From positions 1 to 59,874 of IMG/VR virus record IMGVR_UViG_3300025133_000113: DNA of 59,874 nucleotides; one strand, written 5' to 3'. The notes under the pieces were generated by a model, which saw only the letters and a list, made by a program, of their open reading frames with translations, searched no databases and had not been told where the DNA came from. Of this stretch, positions 18,552 to 26,741 are shown one piece after another; position 1 is the stretch's first letter, and each line of letters opens with the position of its first letter. This DNA is from a virus. Lineage: Duplodnaviria > Caudoviricetes. The translations under genes and the position numbers were made by a program.

Positions 18552-18614
18552 CAAATATACTTCATAATAAATGAAAAATCAACTTGTTATTCTTAAATAA
18601 ATATCGTATATTTG
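18552..18614. promoter_or_regulatory. back-to-back divergent host-type promoters
   Basis: GTTG-N20-TATATTTG on - (18583..18552) and CTTG-N20-TATATTTG on + (18583..18614). Confidence 0.8.
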
Positions 18615-18675
18615 AGTTAAACTGACTAACGATTAGGTCGGTTACATCTTAAAACAAGTAAAAACATACAAAAAT

Positions 18676-19119
18676 ATGCTATTAGAAAAGAAAGAAATTA
18701 ACGGAAAAACTAAAGCGCTTTACGAATCAAGTAACGTTTTAGCATCAACTTACTGTCCAATGTCAAATGTGTTGCAGGTTATCTTCAAGAACGGTACCAG
18801 ATACGCCTATAAGGATGTGAGAGCAACCGATTACATGAGATTTGAGACTGCTGACAGTCAAGGTAAGGTATTAAATGCCAACATTAAACCCAACTATGAA
18901 GTTGAAAAGCTGGAAGGTGTTGATGCTGCCGTAGTTATTGCGGCTGTAGATAAAGCTAAGACTGCTGGTGAGACTTCATTATTCACTGAGTGTGCTGATA
19001 GATTAGCTCTTGGTTTAGAGAAGTTTGAGGGTAAATATGACCTTAAGTTTGTACTTACGGTTAGAAAAATAGCGCAGCAAACATTAGATGCTGTTGGATA
19101 CGAAGAAGAAACCAAATGA
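18676..19119 (+). CDS. KTSC-domain protein
   Basis: SSNV....Y......LQVIFKNGTRYAYKDV....F..ADSQGK..N.NIK. Confidence 0.85.
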   Translation: MLLEKKEINGKTKALYESSNVLASTYCPMSNVLQVIFKNGTRYAYKDVRATDYMRFETADSQGKVLNANIKPNYEVEKLEGVDAAVVIAAVDKAKTAGETSLFTECADRLALGLEKFEGKYDLKFVLTVRKIAQQTLDAVGYEEETK

Positions 19120-19493
19120 GCAACGAGAAAATAGAGTTAGACGAGTTTATTAAACTCGCAATAAAGAATTGGGGTGAGGATACTCCGACACTAGACGAAC
19201 GCTTTGATAGTCGTTGGCGGTTAAGATTCGTGATGGATTTATGTGAAATAGATTTTGATGAAGAGTTCGGTGAGGATTTCCCTTACGAATTTGTTGATGA
19301 TAAAGAAGTCATTGGACATAAGAATAGTTACATCAACTTCACCGTTATTAAGCGTAAGAGTGATGGTAAATATTTTCAGATTCATACTAGAAGTGGTAGT
19401 TATGGGACTGATATGAGCGATGATTCGTTTACTGAAACTAAAAAGGTGGTGGTGGAACCACGTTGGGAGTTTCAAGATTGGAATATGGACTAA
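19116..19493 (+). CDS. hypothetical protein
   Basis: Coupled ORF; KRKSDGKYF motif. Confidence 0.7.
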   Translation: MSNEKIELDEFIKLAIKNWGEDTPTLDERFDSRWRLRFVMDLCEIDFDEEFGEDFPYEFVDDKEVIGHKNSYINFTVIKRKSDGKYFQIHTRSGSYGTDMSDDSFTETKKVVVEPRWEFQDWNMD

Positions 19494-20014
19494 TGTTCAA
19501 TGAAGGTTACTTAAATAAACGAGAGAGTGGTTGGACAGTTAAATGGTCTGACCTACACTCTTTTGCTCAGGGGAGACATTGGAACGAAACACCTTTACAT
19601 CCAGAGCAACAACCAGATTGGGTATTCCCAGAGACCATCCCACTTGACGACACTTTGGTAGTGGAGTTTGAACACGTAACTGATGGGTACGATGCTGATA
19701 ACTTCACACCTTGGAAGTACGCTAGAATTAAAACACCAACAACAGAAATGGAGAAAATATACAACCAAATTAAGAGTGAATGTGAATTACCAGTAGCGGT
19801 ATTCACATATTCTCACAGAGATTTTGAGGGGGCGATTCATCCGTTCAATAGTATTCATGTAAACCTTAGAGGTGAAGATGATGAGAATAATATTGACCAA
19901 ATGATGACTATTAAGAAGAAGTATGGAGAGTTCTTCATGTTCTTCAATGCTAGTGATGAAGGTAAGAAGTTCTGGGCGAATAACCCAATAACGATTAACC
20001 CAACAACAGAATGA
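19493..20014 (+). CDS. hypothetical protein
   Basis: Start moved to the TAATG-coupled ATG at 19493. Confidence 0.7.
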   Translation: MFNEGYLNKRESGWTVKWSDLHSFAQGRHWNETPLHPEQQPDWVFPETIPLDDTLVVEFEHVTDGYDADNFTPWKYARIKTPTTEMEKIYNQIKSECELPVAVFTYSHRDFEGAIHPFNSIHVNLRGEDDENNIDQMMTIKKKYGEFFMFFNASDEGKKFWANNPITINPTTE

Positions 20015-20427
20015 TAGAAAATTACTTTGATAAACAGTTTAAGACCTTACTGGGGGCTAAGATAGCGGTGTTCCTTAAGAGGATATACGATTGGCATATG
20101 TACACCAGAGAGGGTTGTAAGATTTTAGTCATGCGGTATCACATTTACAAATGGTTGGAGAATCCTGACCGATATGTGATACACGGTAGGGTTCATTGTG
20201 ATGTTCCCAGATTCCCATACATACCACCAACCCTAAACCTAGAAACGGGGCAAATAGACCTTAGATTCAACCAATTGGCTAATGACCAAGATTTCTATTT
20301 TGGTATACCAGACAATTCACATCTAACTGATGGTCAGAGAGAAGCTGACTGCAACGGTGCGCTCAAGGAAATACAAGATAGGTACTACCCCGTTACAGCT
20401 AACATTACTTGGAATGAAGTCGAGTAA
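20011..20427 (+). CDS. hypothetical protein carrying a copy of the portal clip peptide
   Basis: TGQIDLRFNQLANDQDF vs portal TGQVDLRYNQLANDQDF (15/17 aa identical). Confidence 0.8.
   Translation: MIENYFDKQFKTLLGAKIAVFLKRIYDWHMYTREGCKILVMRYHIYKWLENPDRYVIHGRVHCDVPRFPYIPPTLNLETGQIDLRFNQLANDQDFYFGIPDNSHLTDGQREADCNGALKEIQDRYYPVTANITWNEVE
20245..20295 (+). repeat. 51-nt diverged duplicate of portal gene segment 31096-31146
   Basis: 45/51 nt identical, in the same reading frame. Confidence 0.9.
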
Positions 20428-20575
20428 AAAGGTTGAACTAATAGATTTAAGTAAGGTTCCAACCTTTAGAGAAATGTATATATTCTGGGATACACCAGAG
20501 GAAATGCACCAATGGGCTAGGAAAAAACTAATGGTACCAAGAAAATATTTAGGATATGACGAAAAGAAAAGATAG
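20414..20575 (+). CDS. hypothetical protein
   Basis: Start moved to ATG 20414. Confidence 0.55.
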   Translation: MKSSKKVELIDLSKVPTFREMYIFWDTPEEMHQWARKKLMVPRKYLGYDEKKR

Positions 20576-20837
20576 AGAGTGGGAAAAGACCTTTGAAGAA
20601 TACTGTAAGGAATTTGGATATGAGGAAAAATTAACATTAGTGCCGACCACAAGGTCATTCGCTGAGTTGATATACCACCATTCCGTATACGTTAACAGCC
20701 AAAAGAACCTTAGTTGGAGAAGAGGAATACTGCGAATTGAGAAGATATTGGATAAGTACGCTGAACTTAAACGGACTGAGATGTTGGATAAGTACGCTGA
20801 AGTTATGCAATTGGAACAGAAACGAAATAATAAGTAA
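20556..20837 (+). CDS. hypothetical protein
   Basis: Contains the short internal repeat LDKYAE x2. Confidence 0.65.
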   Translation: MTKRKDREWEKTFEEYCKEFGYEEKLTLVPTTRSFAELIYHHSVYVNSQKNLSWRRGILRIEKILDKYAELKRTEMLDKYAEVMQLEQKRNNK

Positions 20838-20850
20838 AAACCAATAGAAA

Positions 20851-21213
20851 ATGGAAGAATTAAACGGTAGAGCAGAAATGGAAATGCGTGAGGCTAGTCG
20901 AAAGATGGTAGCTGATATGAAAGTTAAACGAGAAGCTGAAGAAGCTAAAGAAGCTGAAGAAGCTGATAAGGTTTTGGTTAGTTTAGATGGTAATCCTCAT
21001 GATACCCTTAGATTTGGTATCGCAACGTATCGAGGTGAAGGTGACCCAGTATTAGCGATTGATATGGCTTTGGCTAAGTATAATGCGGCTAGTATACGTA
21101 ATGATGAAGGACCAATTACTGAATTCATAGATACCAGCATGGATAACCCATGGGTGCGTGTATTCACTGTTGGTGACCTAACTCAAGTTCACGCAAACTA
21201 TCATGAGTCATAA
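20851..21213 (+). CDS. hypothetical protein
   Basis: ORF with an A-rich leader. Confidence 0.7.
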   Translation: MEELNGRAEMEMREASRKMVADMKVKREAEEAKEAEEADKVLVSLDGNPHDTLRFGIATYRGEGDPVLAIDMALAKYNAASIRNDEGPITEFIDTSMDNPWVRVFTVGDLTQVHANYHES

Positions 21214-21234
21214 TTATTAAACAAACAAAATAAA

Positions 21235-21516
21235 ATGACTAAATTAAGTACTGAGGAAGGAGAGAATGGTAAGGAGCGAGTATTCGTTAGTCCTCGTGTT
21301 TACACGGTTGACCCGCCTGAGTTCTACGTAGACCGTAGGTTGCATGCCATATGGTTTGCATTAACAGCGTGGGACGATACGGTAACCTACTATGATTTGT
21401 ATCGAGATGAACCAAACGATAGGAGTTTGGTGGTGGGTATGAAATATGCTGAATTAGAAAGATTATACGACAGCCTATACAATTACGATGGGTCAACAAA
21501 AAAGAAAGATACCTAA
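21235..21516 (+). CDS. hypothetical protein with tail-sheath-like N-terminal motif
   Basis: RVFVSPRVYT resembles the sheath N-terminal (F)xSPGVY motif. Confidence 0.65.
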   Translation: MTKLSTEEGENGKERVFVSPRVYTVDPPEFYVDRRLHAIWFALTAWDDTVTYYDLYRDEPNDRSLVVGMKYAELERLYDSLYNYDGSTKKKDT

Positions 21517-22664
21517 TGAACAACCTAGATAAACAATATCAAGCCTTACTCCAAGACATCTTGGATAATGGGCACGACAAAGGGGATAGAACTGGTACTG
21601 GTACCAAGTCAGTATTCCCACGAATGATTACACATAACATGGCTGAGGGTTTCCCTCTGCTGACCACCAAGAAGATGTACCATAAGGGTATCTTCACTGA
21701 GCTATTATGGCTCCTACGTGGTGATACCAATATCCAATGGTTATGTCAGAATGATTGTAATATATGGGTTGGTGATGCTTATAAGAGTTACCTATCTAAA
21801 ACAATGTTTAGTTCGGATAATGGTGCTCTTGAGGAATTAGACGGAATGGATTTGGGGACTGGTGAGTTAAAGAAGGTGTATAAACAACACACAAAAGAAG
21901 GTTTCATTGAACGTATTAAAACCGATGACGAGTTTGCTGAAGAATGGGGAGACCTAGGTCCTATCTACGGAAAGCAATGGAGAAATTGGGAGCCACCCGC
22001 TTGGAATATCAAGAATGGTGGGATTGACCAAATAGCAAATGCGCTTAACGACTTAACCAATAATCCTGATAGTAGGAGAATCATGGTTAATGCGTGGAAC
22101 GTGGGAGAAGTATCACATATGACATTACCTCCATGCCACTTCGGGTTCCAATTGTGGACAAGAGAGTTGAGTTCATTTGAACGAGAGGAACACTTTGCTT
22201 ACAAAATGAATAATATGACCCACCAAGAACGATGTGAATTGCATCCAAATCACCGTGAGGAAGATGTACATGAGAAGATGGATGAGGAAGGTGTACCTAG
22301 ACGAGCAATATCGTTAACATGGCAACAACGAAGTGTTGATACCTTCCTTGGTTTACCGTTTAACATTGCGTCTTACGGAGCTTTGTTGATGATATTTGGT
22401 GAACTGGTCAATATGGTACCAGAAACGCTTACAGGTGTTCTAGGAGATACCCACCTATACAACAATCACTTAGAACAAGCCAAAGAACAGATTGGTAATG
22501 AACCTTTCGACTTACCTAACCTTAGAATCAGTACAGAATTCTGGAACCCAGAGAATGTGCTTGGTACTAACTGGGATGAAATAATCAAAGGTATTGAGTT
22601 GGAAGACTTCCAATTGGAAGATTACGTGTCTCACGAGACGATTAAAGCACCATTAAGTAATTAA
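21516..22664 (+). CDS. thyA: thymidylate synthase with two insertions
   Basis: DRTGTGT, FPLLTTKK, DLGPIYGKQWR, PDSRR, LPPCH, QRSVD.FLGLPFN, HLYNNH. Confidence 0.97.
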   Translation: MNNLDKQYQALLQDILDNGHDKGDRTGTGTKSVFPRMITHNMAEGFPLLTTKKMYHKGIFTELLWLLRGDTNIQWLCQNDCNIWVGDAYKSYLSKTMFSSDNGALEELDGMDLGTGELKKVYKQHTKEGFIERIKTDDEFAEEWGDLGPIYGKQWRNWEPPAWNIKNGGIDQIANALNDLTNNPDSRRIMVNAWNVGEVSHMTLPPCHFGFQLWTRELSSFEREEHFAYKMNNMTHQERCELHPNHREEDVHEKMDEEGVPRRAISLTWQQRSVDTFLGLPFNIASYGALLMIFGELVNMVPETLTGVLGDTHLYNNHLEQAKEQIGNEPFDLPNLRISTEFWNPENVLGTNWDEIIKGIELEDFQLEDYVSHETIKAPLSN

Positions 22665-22667
22665 CAT

Positions 22668-22949
22668 ATGAACTATACAAGACCAAACGACCCAGATTAC
22701 GAAGATAACGCCAATGATTGGCTTAACTCAGCACTAATATTCGCTAGCGCCCTAGGGCACATATTACGTGAAGAAGAAGGTGTGATAGTGGATATCAAGA
22801 ATGATATGATAGATACCCTACCAGAAGAATTCGAAGGTTATGAAAAACTTATAGTGTTCAGGGCTGCTGGACAAATCCATATCCAAGGGTTTGATGAGGA
22901 TGCACCAGAAGGTACTATGGTGATGATGTGGCAAGATAATCCAAACTAA
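22668..22949 (+). CDS. hypothetical protein
   Basis: ORF downstream of thyA. Confidence 0.7.
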   Translation: MNYTRPNDPDYEDNANDWLNSALIFASALGHILREEEGVIVDIKNDMIDTLPEEFEGYEKLIVFRAAGQIHIQGFDEDAPEGTMVMMWQDNPN

Positions 22950-23002
22950 TATGTCTTTACAAATAATGCTTCTAACCTATATTTATAGGAAAGAGTTTTA
23001 TT

Positions 23003-23467
23003 ATGGAAAAAGATTATATGACACCGCACCTAAAAGGTGAGTTCGCAAGAAAGAACAGGTTTATAATTACTTACCCAGAAGCATTGGGTTTGGATGAGTG
23101 GGTGACATTCAGTTCATCACCACTAGAATTACAACTACCCGAAAAGGGGTTACTAGATGGTATCAGTGACCCACTTGCACCAGAAGCGGTGGTTTATTCG
23201 GATTTGGTGATTGATATTTATGACCCCATCACCCCTTCAAGCGCCCAGAAAGTGATGAAGTTCATGGCAGATGAATTCAACTGTACTACCCCAAGACATC
23301 TACCTTACATCTACAAGAAACTTGACCCTACAGGTAAGCCTAGTGAGACTTGGGAAGTTTGGGCATTCATTAAGGCAGTTGATTTTGGTGAGTTAAATTA
23401 TGATGATGATGAATTAGTCAAAATAAGGTTAACTTTAGGGGTTGACCATGTAACCTTACTTCATTAA
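23003..23467 (+). CDS. T4 gp19-like tail tube protein homologue (orphan)
   Basis: RKNRFI...YDPITPSSAQ..M...LDPTG...ETW....F...VDFGELNY......I.LTL..D; late motif at 22979. Confidence 0.7.
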   Translation: MEKDYMTPHLKGEFARKNRFIITYPEALGLDEWVTFSSSPLELQLPEKGLLDGISDPLAPEAVVYSDLVIDIYDPITPSSAQKVMKFMADEFNCTTPRHLPYIYKKLDPTGKPSETWEVWAFIKAVDFGELNYDDDELVKIRLTLGVDHVTLLH

Positions 23468-23529
23468 GCTAATTTTCAGCTTTTTTGAGTTATAGTCTAT
23501 ATTTATAAGGGAGAAAAGACTATTAATTA

Positions 23530-23811
23530 ATGGGATTACACGGAAATACACCATCAATCATTCATTCGGCTAGTACGGTAGATGCCGCTAGACTTACTGC
23601 GTTTACGTATTACAACGTATACGCTGGTGCAGGTGGGGGTACAGCAACAATAAATGGTACTCTGATGAATTTAGGTGAAGGAAGTGATGTATCTATGATT
23701 GTTAGAACGATAAATAACCTTACTGTTACAGGTAATGTTTACCTATTAGGAGATAAAAAGAACGTATTCGATGGTAGCCCAATAATTGGAGGTTCATTTA
23801 CAACGCAATAA
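23530..23811 (+). CDS. small late protein, probably virion-associated
   Basis: Late motif at 23499; G/T/N-rich composition. Confidence 0.65.
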   Translation: MGLHGNTPSIIHSASTVDAARLTAFTYYNVYAGAGGGTATINGTLMNLGEGSDVSMIVRTINNLTVTGNVYLLGDKKNVFDGSPIIGGSFTTQ

Positions 23812-23820
23812 ACTAAAACG

Positions 23821-24684
23821 ATGACAAAGAAGAGCAACATAATCAATCCAAACCAACCGAAAGGTCGTGAAATCAATGAAAGAATCATTGAATTGATGGG
23901 TCAAACATTAATCAAAGAGAACGTTGACCGTTCCGTAATTGAATTAACGAAGACAGGTCCTGATGGAAAAGTCTACGGTATTGTACGTGAGAACCACGAA
24001 TGGTACATTAAGACTGCTGAAGCTTCTGACACTCTTACTAGAAATAGTTTTGAGTATATGGGAGGTTTACAGAACAAGAAGTCTCACGCTTACCCATCAT
24101 ACGCTAAAGCTATCAAGCATCTTAACCAAAAGTTCCAGTCATTGAACGAATCGTTAGGTGTTAAGAGTGGCATCAACGTATTCCGTAATGACCATCTATT
24201 GGCAGAGGAAAAGTCTGAAGCTAAGGTTAATGCGCAAGAATTCGTACAAGATAAGAAAGGTGAGGAATTGGATAGTGAAGGTACACCTATTGATAAAGAA
24301 AATAGTGGTTCTAACACTGTTGGTACCAATGGTAAGAAGCAAGTTAAGAATGATAAGACTGACGTGAAAGCTTCGGATATGGTGGATATGTCTGAAAACG
24401 AACTTAAGATTGACGCAATGATTGCTGGTGAAGAAGAAGGTGACGTTGTTGAGGAATCTCAATTAGGTGCCGCATCATTCTTCCAAGGTGACGATATAAT
24501 CCTTAACATGAACGACACACTAAGTATTAGTCGTGGTGTTGAGGTATTGGATGACGCAATTGATAACGCAACTGGTGAGAAGAAGATTACCGAAATGCAA
24601 GCGGCTGAAGATATCCTTAAAGGATTGAGTAAAGACGAAGTAATTTCCATTCTGGAAAAAGTTACTGGTAAAAAAAAAAGTTAA
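23821..24684 (+). CDS. head-module protein, N-terminal part of probable frameshift fusion
   Basis: GPDGKVYGIVRENHEWYIK...YMGG..NK....Y.SYAKA.K.LN; ends in an A10 run then AGT TAA. Confidence 0.8.
   Translation: MTKKSNIINPNQPKGREINERIIELMGQTLIKENVDRSVIELTKTGPDGKVYGIVRENHEWYIKTAEASDTLTRNSFEYMGGLQNKKSHAYPSYAKAIKHLNQKFQSLNESLGVKSGINVFRNDHLLAEEKSEAKVNAQEFVQDKKGEELDSEGTPIDKENSGSNTVGTNGKKQVKNDKTDVKASDMVDMSENELKIDAMIAGEEEGDVVEESQLGAASFFQGDDIILNMNDTLSISRGVEVLDDAIDNATGEKKITEMQAAEDILKGLSKDEVISILEKVTGKKKS
24670..24679 (+). other. A10 slippery site (candidate -1 frameshift or transcriptional slippage)
   Basis: The -1 frame opens after TAA 24669-71 and the 0 frame closes at TAA 24682-84, so their overlap is essentially the A run. 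Confidence 0.7.
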
Positions 24685-25913
24685 AGGAAACTAAATACAA
24701 GTTAAAACTTGATAACCCTAACCCTGCACCAGCACCTGAATTAGGCGCTGATGATGGTGGTTTCGGTGGTGACGATGGTGGTTTCGGTGGTGACGATGGT
24801 GGTTTCGGTGACGAGCCTGAAATGGGTGGTGACGATAAACCATATGATGAAGAACCATTCGATGCTGACGTTGAAGCTGACGAAGCGTCAGACCCAAAGA
24901 AGTATATCCAACAATTGTCTGGAAAGCTGGGTCAATCCCTAAGAAAGTATGAAAAGGAAATGGGACAACCCGACCTAGAGTTGGAGAAGTTCGCAATTAA
25001 CTCCGTTGTATCTGCATCTAATACCGCAGAGATGGACGAGGAAGACCAAAAGGATATTATCGATAAGATTAAGTCTAGTGGGCTTGAGAATGATATCGCT
25101 GAACCAGACGCTGAAGACGCTGAAGTGGATGCTGATGCTGTTGGTGCAGAGTTACCTGAACCAGAAGGTGAAGAGTTTGGTGATGAGCCTGAGTTGGGTG
25201 AAGTTGCTATAATGGAATTAGGTGGAGGACCACCAGAAGATAGGGAATATGATGCGATGCAGACATATCATGACAGACAAGCTAATGCTGGTACAAAAAG
25301 TAACTACCACGTTAGTGTAGACAAAAAAGGGAACTTCAAAGTGGGGGAACCTGAAAAGAGATTCCCAAGTGGTAAAATTGTTAATGGTGAGAGGGTTTCA
25401 GATGATAAGTGGGGTAAAACCGAGCAAGTGTCAGAAGAAATTAGTATATTCGAGCAAAGACTTAGAAGTAAGTTGAATGAGAACCTTAAGTACCCTACCA
25501 GAGAGGTAAGAAGTGAACGTGGTTATTTAGGTGTTACAGTATGGGGTGATAGTGGAAGCGTATCGTTGGATATTTACTCCAAGCAGAATAACCCATATGG
25601 TGGTTCACCATGGAGTAAGATTCAATCTGGTGGTGGAGTTAGACCTGAAGAATTAACTAAAGAGTACATAATGCGTGAAGTAGGTGCAAGATATAAGAAC
25701 CCTGAGAGTTTTGTGGGGGAAATTGATGAGGTGTTGAGTAAATTGAATGATGGTTACGAACAAATGATGCAAGATATGAATCCAGAAATAGCAGAACCAG
25801 AAGTAAAACCTAAGAGAAAAGAGGAACAAGCACCTAAGAGAGTTAGGGAAACCGACCTACCATATAGGAAACCTGTGAGGGAAACTAAGACTAAACCAAA
25901 AGCGACAATATGA
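24672..25913 (+). CDS. acidic head-module protein, C-terminal part of probable fusion
   Basis: Frame is open 50 codons upstream of the first ATG (24822) with no ATG/GTG/TTG; KYIQQLSGKLGQSLR. Confidence 0.75.
   Translation, partial: KKKLKETKYKLKLDNPNPAPAPELGADDGGFGGDDGGFGGDDGGFGDEPEMGGDDKPYDEEPFDADVEADEASDPKKYIQQLSGKLGQSLRKYEKEMGQPDLELEKFAINSVVSASNTAEMDEEDQKDIIDKIKSSGLENDIAEPDAEDAEVDADAVGAELPEPEGEEFGDEPELGEVAIMELGGGPPEDREYDAMQTYHDRQANAGTKSNYHVSVDKKGNFKVGEPEKRFPSGKIVNGERVSDDKWGKTEQVSEEISIFEQRLRSKLNENLKYPTREVRSERGYLGVTVWGDSGSVSLDIYSKQNNPYGGSPWSKIQSGGGVRPEELTKEYIMREVGARYKNPESFVGEIDEVLSKLNDGYEQMMQDMNPEIAEPEVKPKRKEEQAPKRVRETDLPYRKPVRETKTKPKATI
24753..24810 (+). repeat. 21-nt tandem coding repeat (DGGFGGD, about 2.8 copies)
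   Basis: GATGGTGGTTTCGGTGGTGAC tandem. Confidence 0.9.
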
Positions 25914-26320
25914 AGTTAATATTCATACGTAATGTTGGTGAGGTATGGGATGGAAAATATATCTACGAATTCATATTCTCTGAGAATATAGAAGGGGTCG
26001 ATGGTGAAGGTTGGGATGCTTACCCTGCGAGTGGTAATCCTGAACCACCAGAGAAAGGATATATTAACAAGGTTGGTAGATTTGAGACTGATGAGTTCAA
26101 CCTTATCTGTATTCAGAATAGCGACACATTTGCTGTTTGGGATGCTGTGGATGGTGTGGTAGCATTCGCTTGGGAAGATATAACTGAATATGATACCTAC
26201 CCAGAGGATAGGCTTAAATTCTTTTATGGTGATGAATTAGAGAAGGTTACTGACTTATTGTACAGTAGAGATATAATTATAGAATGGAAATACGATAATA
26301 AAAATGAGCTACAAGGATAA
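25910..26320 (+). CDS. hypothetical protein in head module
   Basis: YEFIFS...W...PA...DAVDGVVAFAWE...RLKFFYG. Confidence 0.8.
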   Translation: MKLIFIRNVGEVWDGKYIYEFIFSENIEGVDGEGWDAYPASGNPEPPEKGYINKVGRFETDEFNLICIQNSDTFAVWDAVDGVVAFAWEDITEYDTYPEDRLKFFYGDELEKVTDLLYSRDIIIEWKYDNKNELQG

Positions 26321-26741
26321 AATAAAAAAAGCGCTTCATGAAGGTGAGAGTGCAATAGGGGTAACAGCAGATGAAGATAATTTTGATGACGTTGTTAGAG
26401 ACGTTAGTAAACTTAAAAGACAAGACTCAGGTTTGAATGTGACGGTTGATTACAAAAGTGATTCTGATAAGACCAACGAATCTGAAAAGGAAGAAGAGAT
26501 AGTCGAGAATGACGAGTCACAGGATGTTGAAGTTAATGCTGATAATTATTTCGAGAAGAAAAAACTTGGTGATGAGGCTGCTGAAGCAGATGCTAAAGAG
26601 AAAGAAAGCAAAGGGGTTGTTGAGGTTGTTGGTAGAATGAGCAAGGGTAAGTTGGAGAAGTTGGTTGAGCAGAACAAGAAGATTGGTAAAGCATACAAAA
26701 AGATAATCAAAGTTTCCGAAATACGAACTAAGAATGGCTAA
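26304..26741 (+). CDS. charged hypothetical protein, possible prohead core
   Basis: KIKKALHE N-terminus; E/K-rich. Confidence 0.7.
   Translation: MSYKDKIKKALHEGESAIGVTADEDNFDDVVRDVSKLKRQDSGLNVTVDYKSDSDKTNESEKEEEIVENDESQDVEVNADNYFEKKKLGDEAAEADAKEKESKGVVEVVGRMSKGKLEKLVEQNKKIGKAYKKIIKVSEIRTKNG

Noticed and set aside
20851-21213. RAEMEM...KMVADM as a fragment of capsid DAEAEL...QIASEI
   Set aside because: Too few identities and no nucleotide-level match seen
21516-22664. Intein or intron in thyA, or a dCMP hydroxymethylase
   Set aside because: Insertions are short, in frame and lack intein ends; the PFN asparagine indicating dUMP specificity is retained
24753-24810. 21-nt repeats as a CRISPR array
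   Set aside because: Tandem without spacers, length divisible by three, and they encode DGGFGGD
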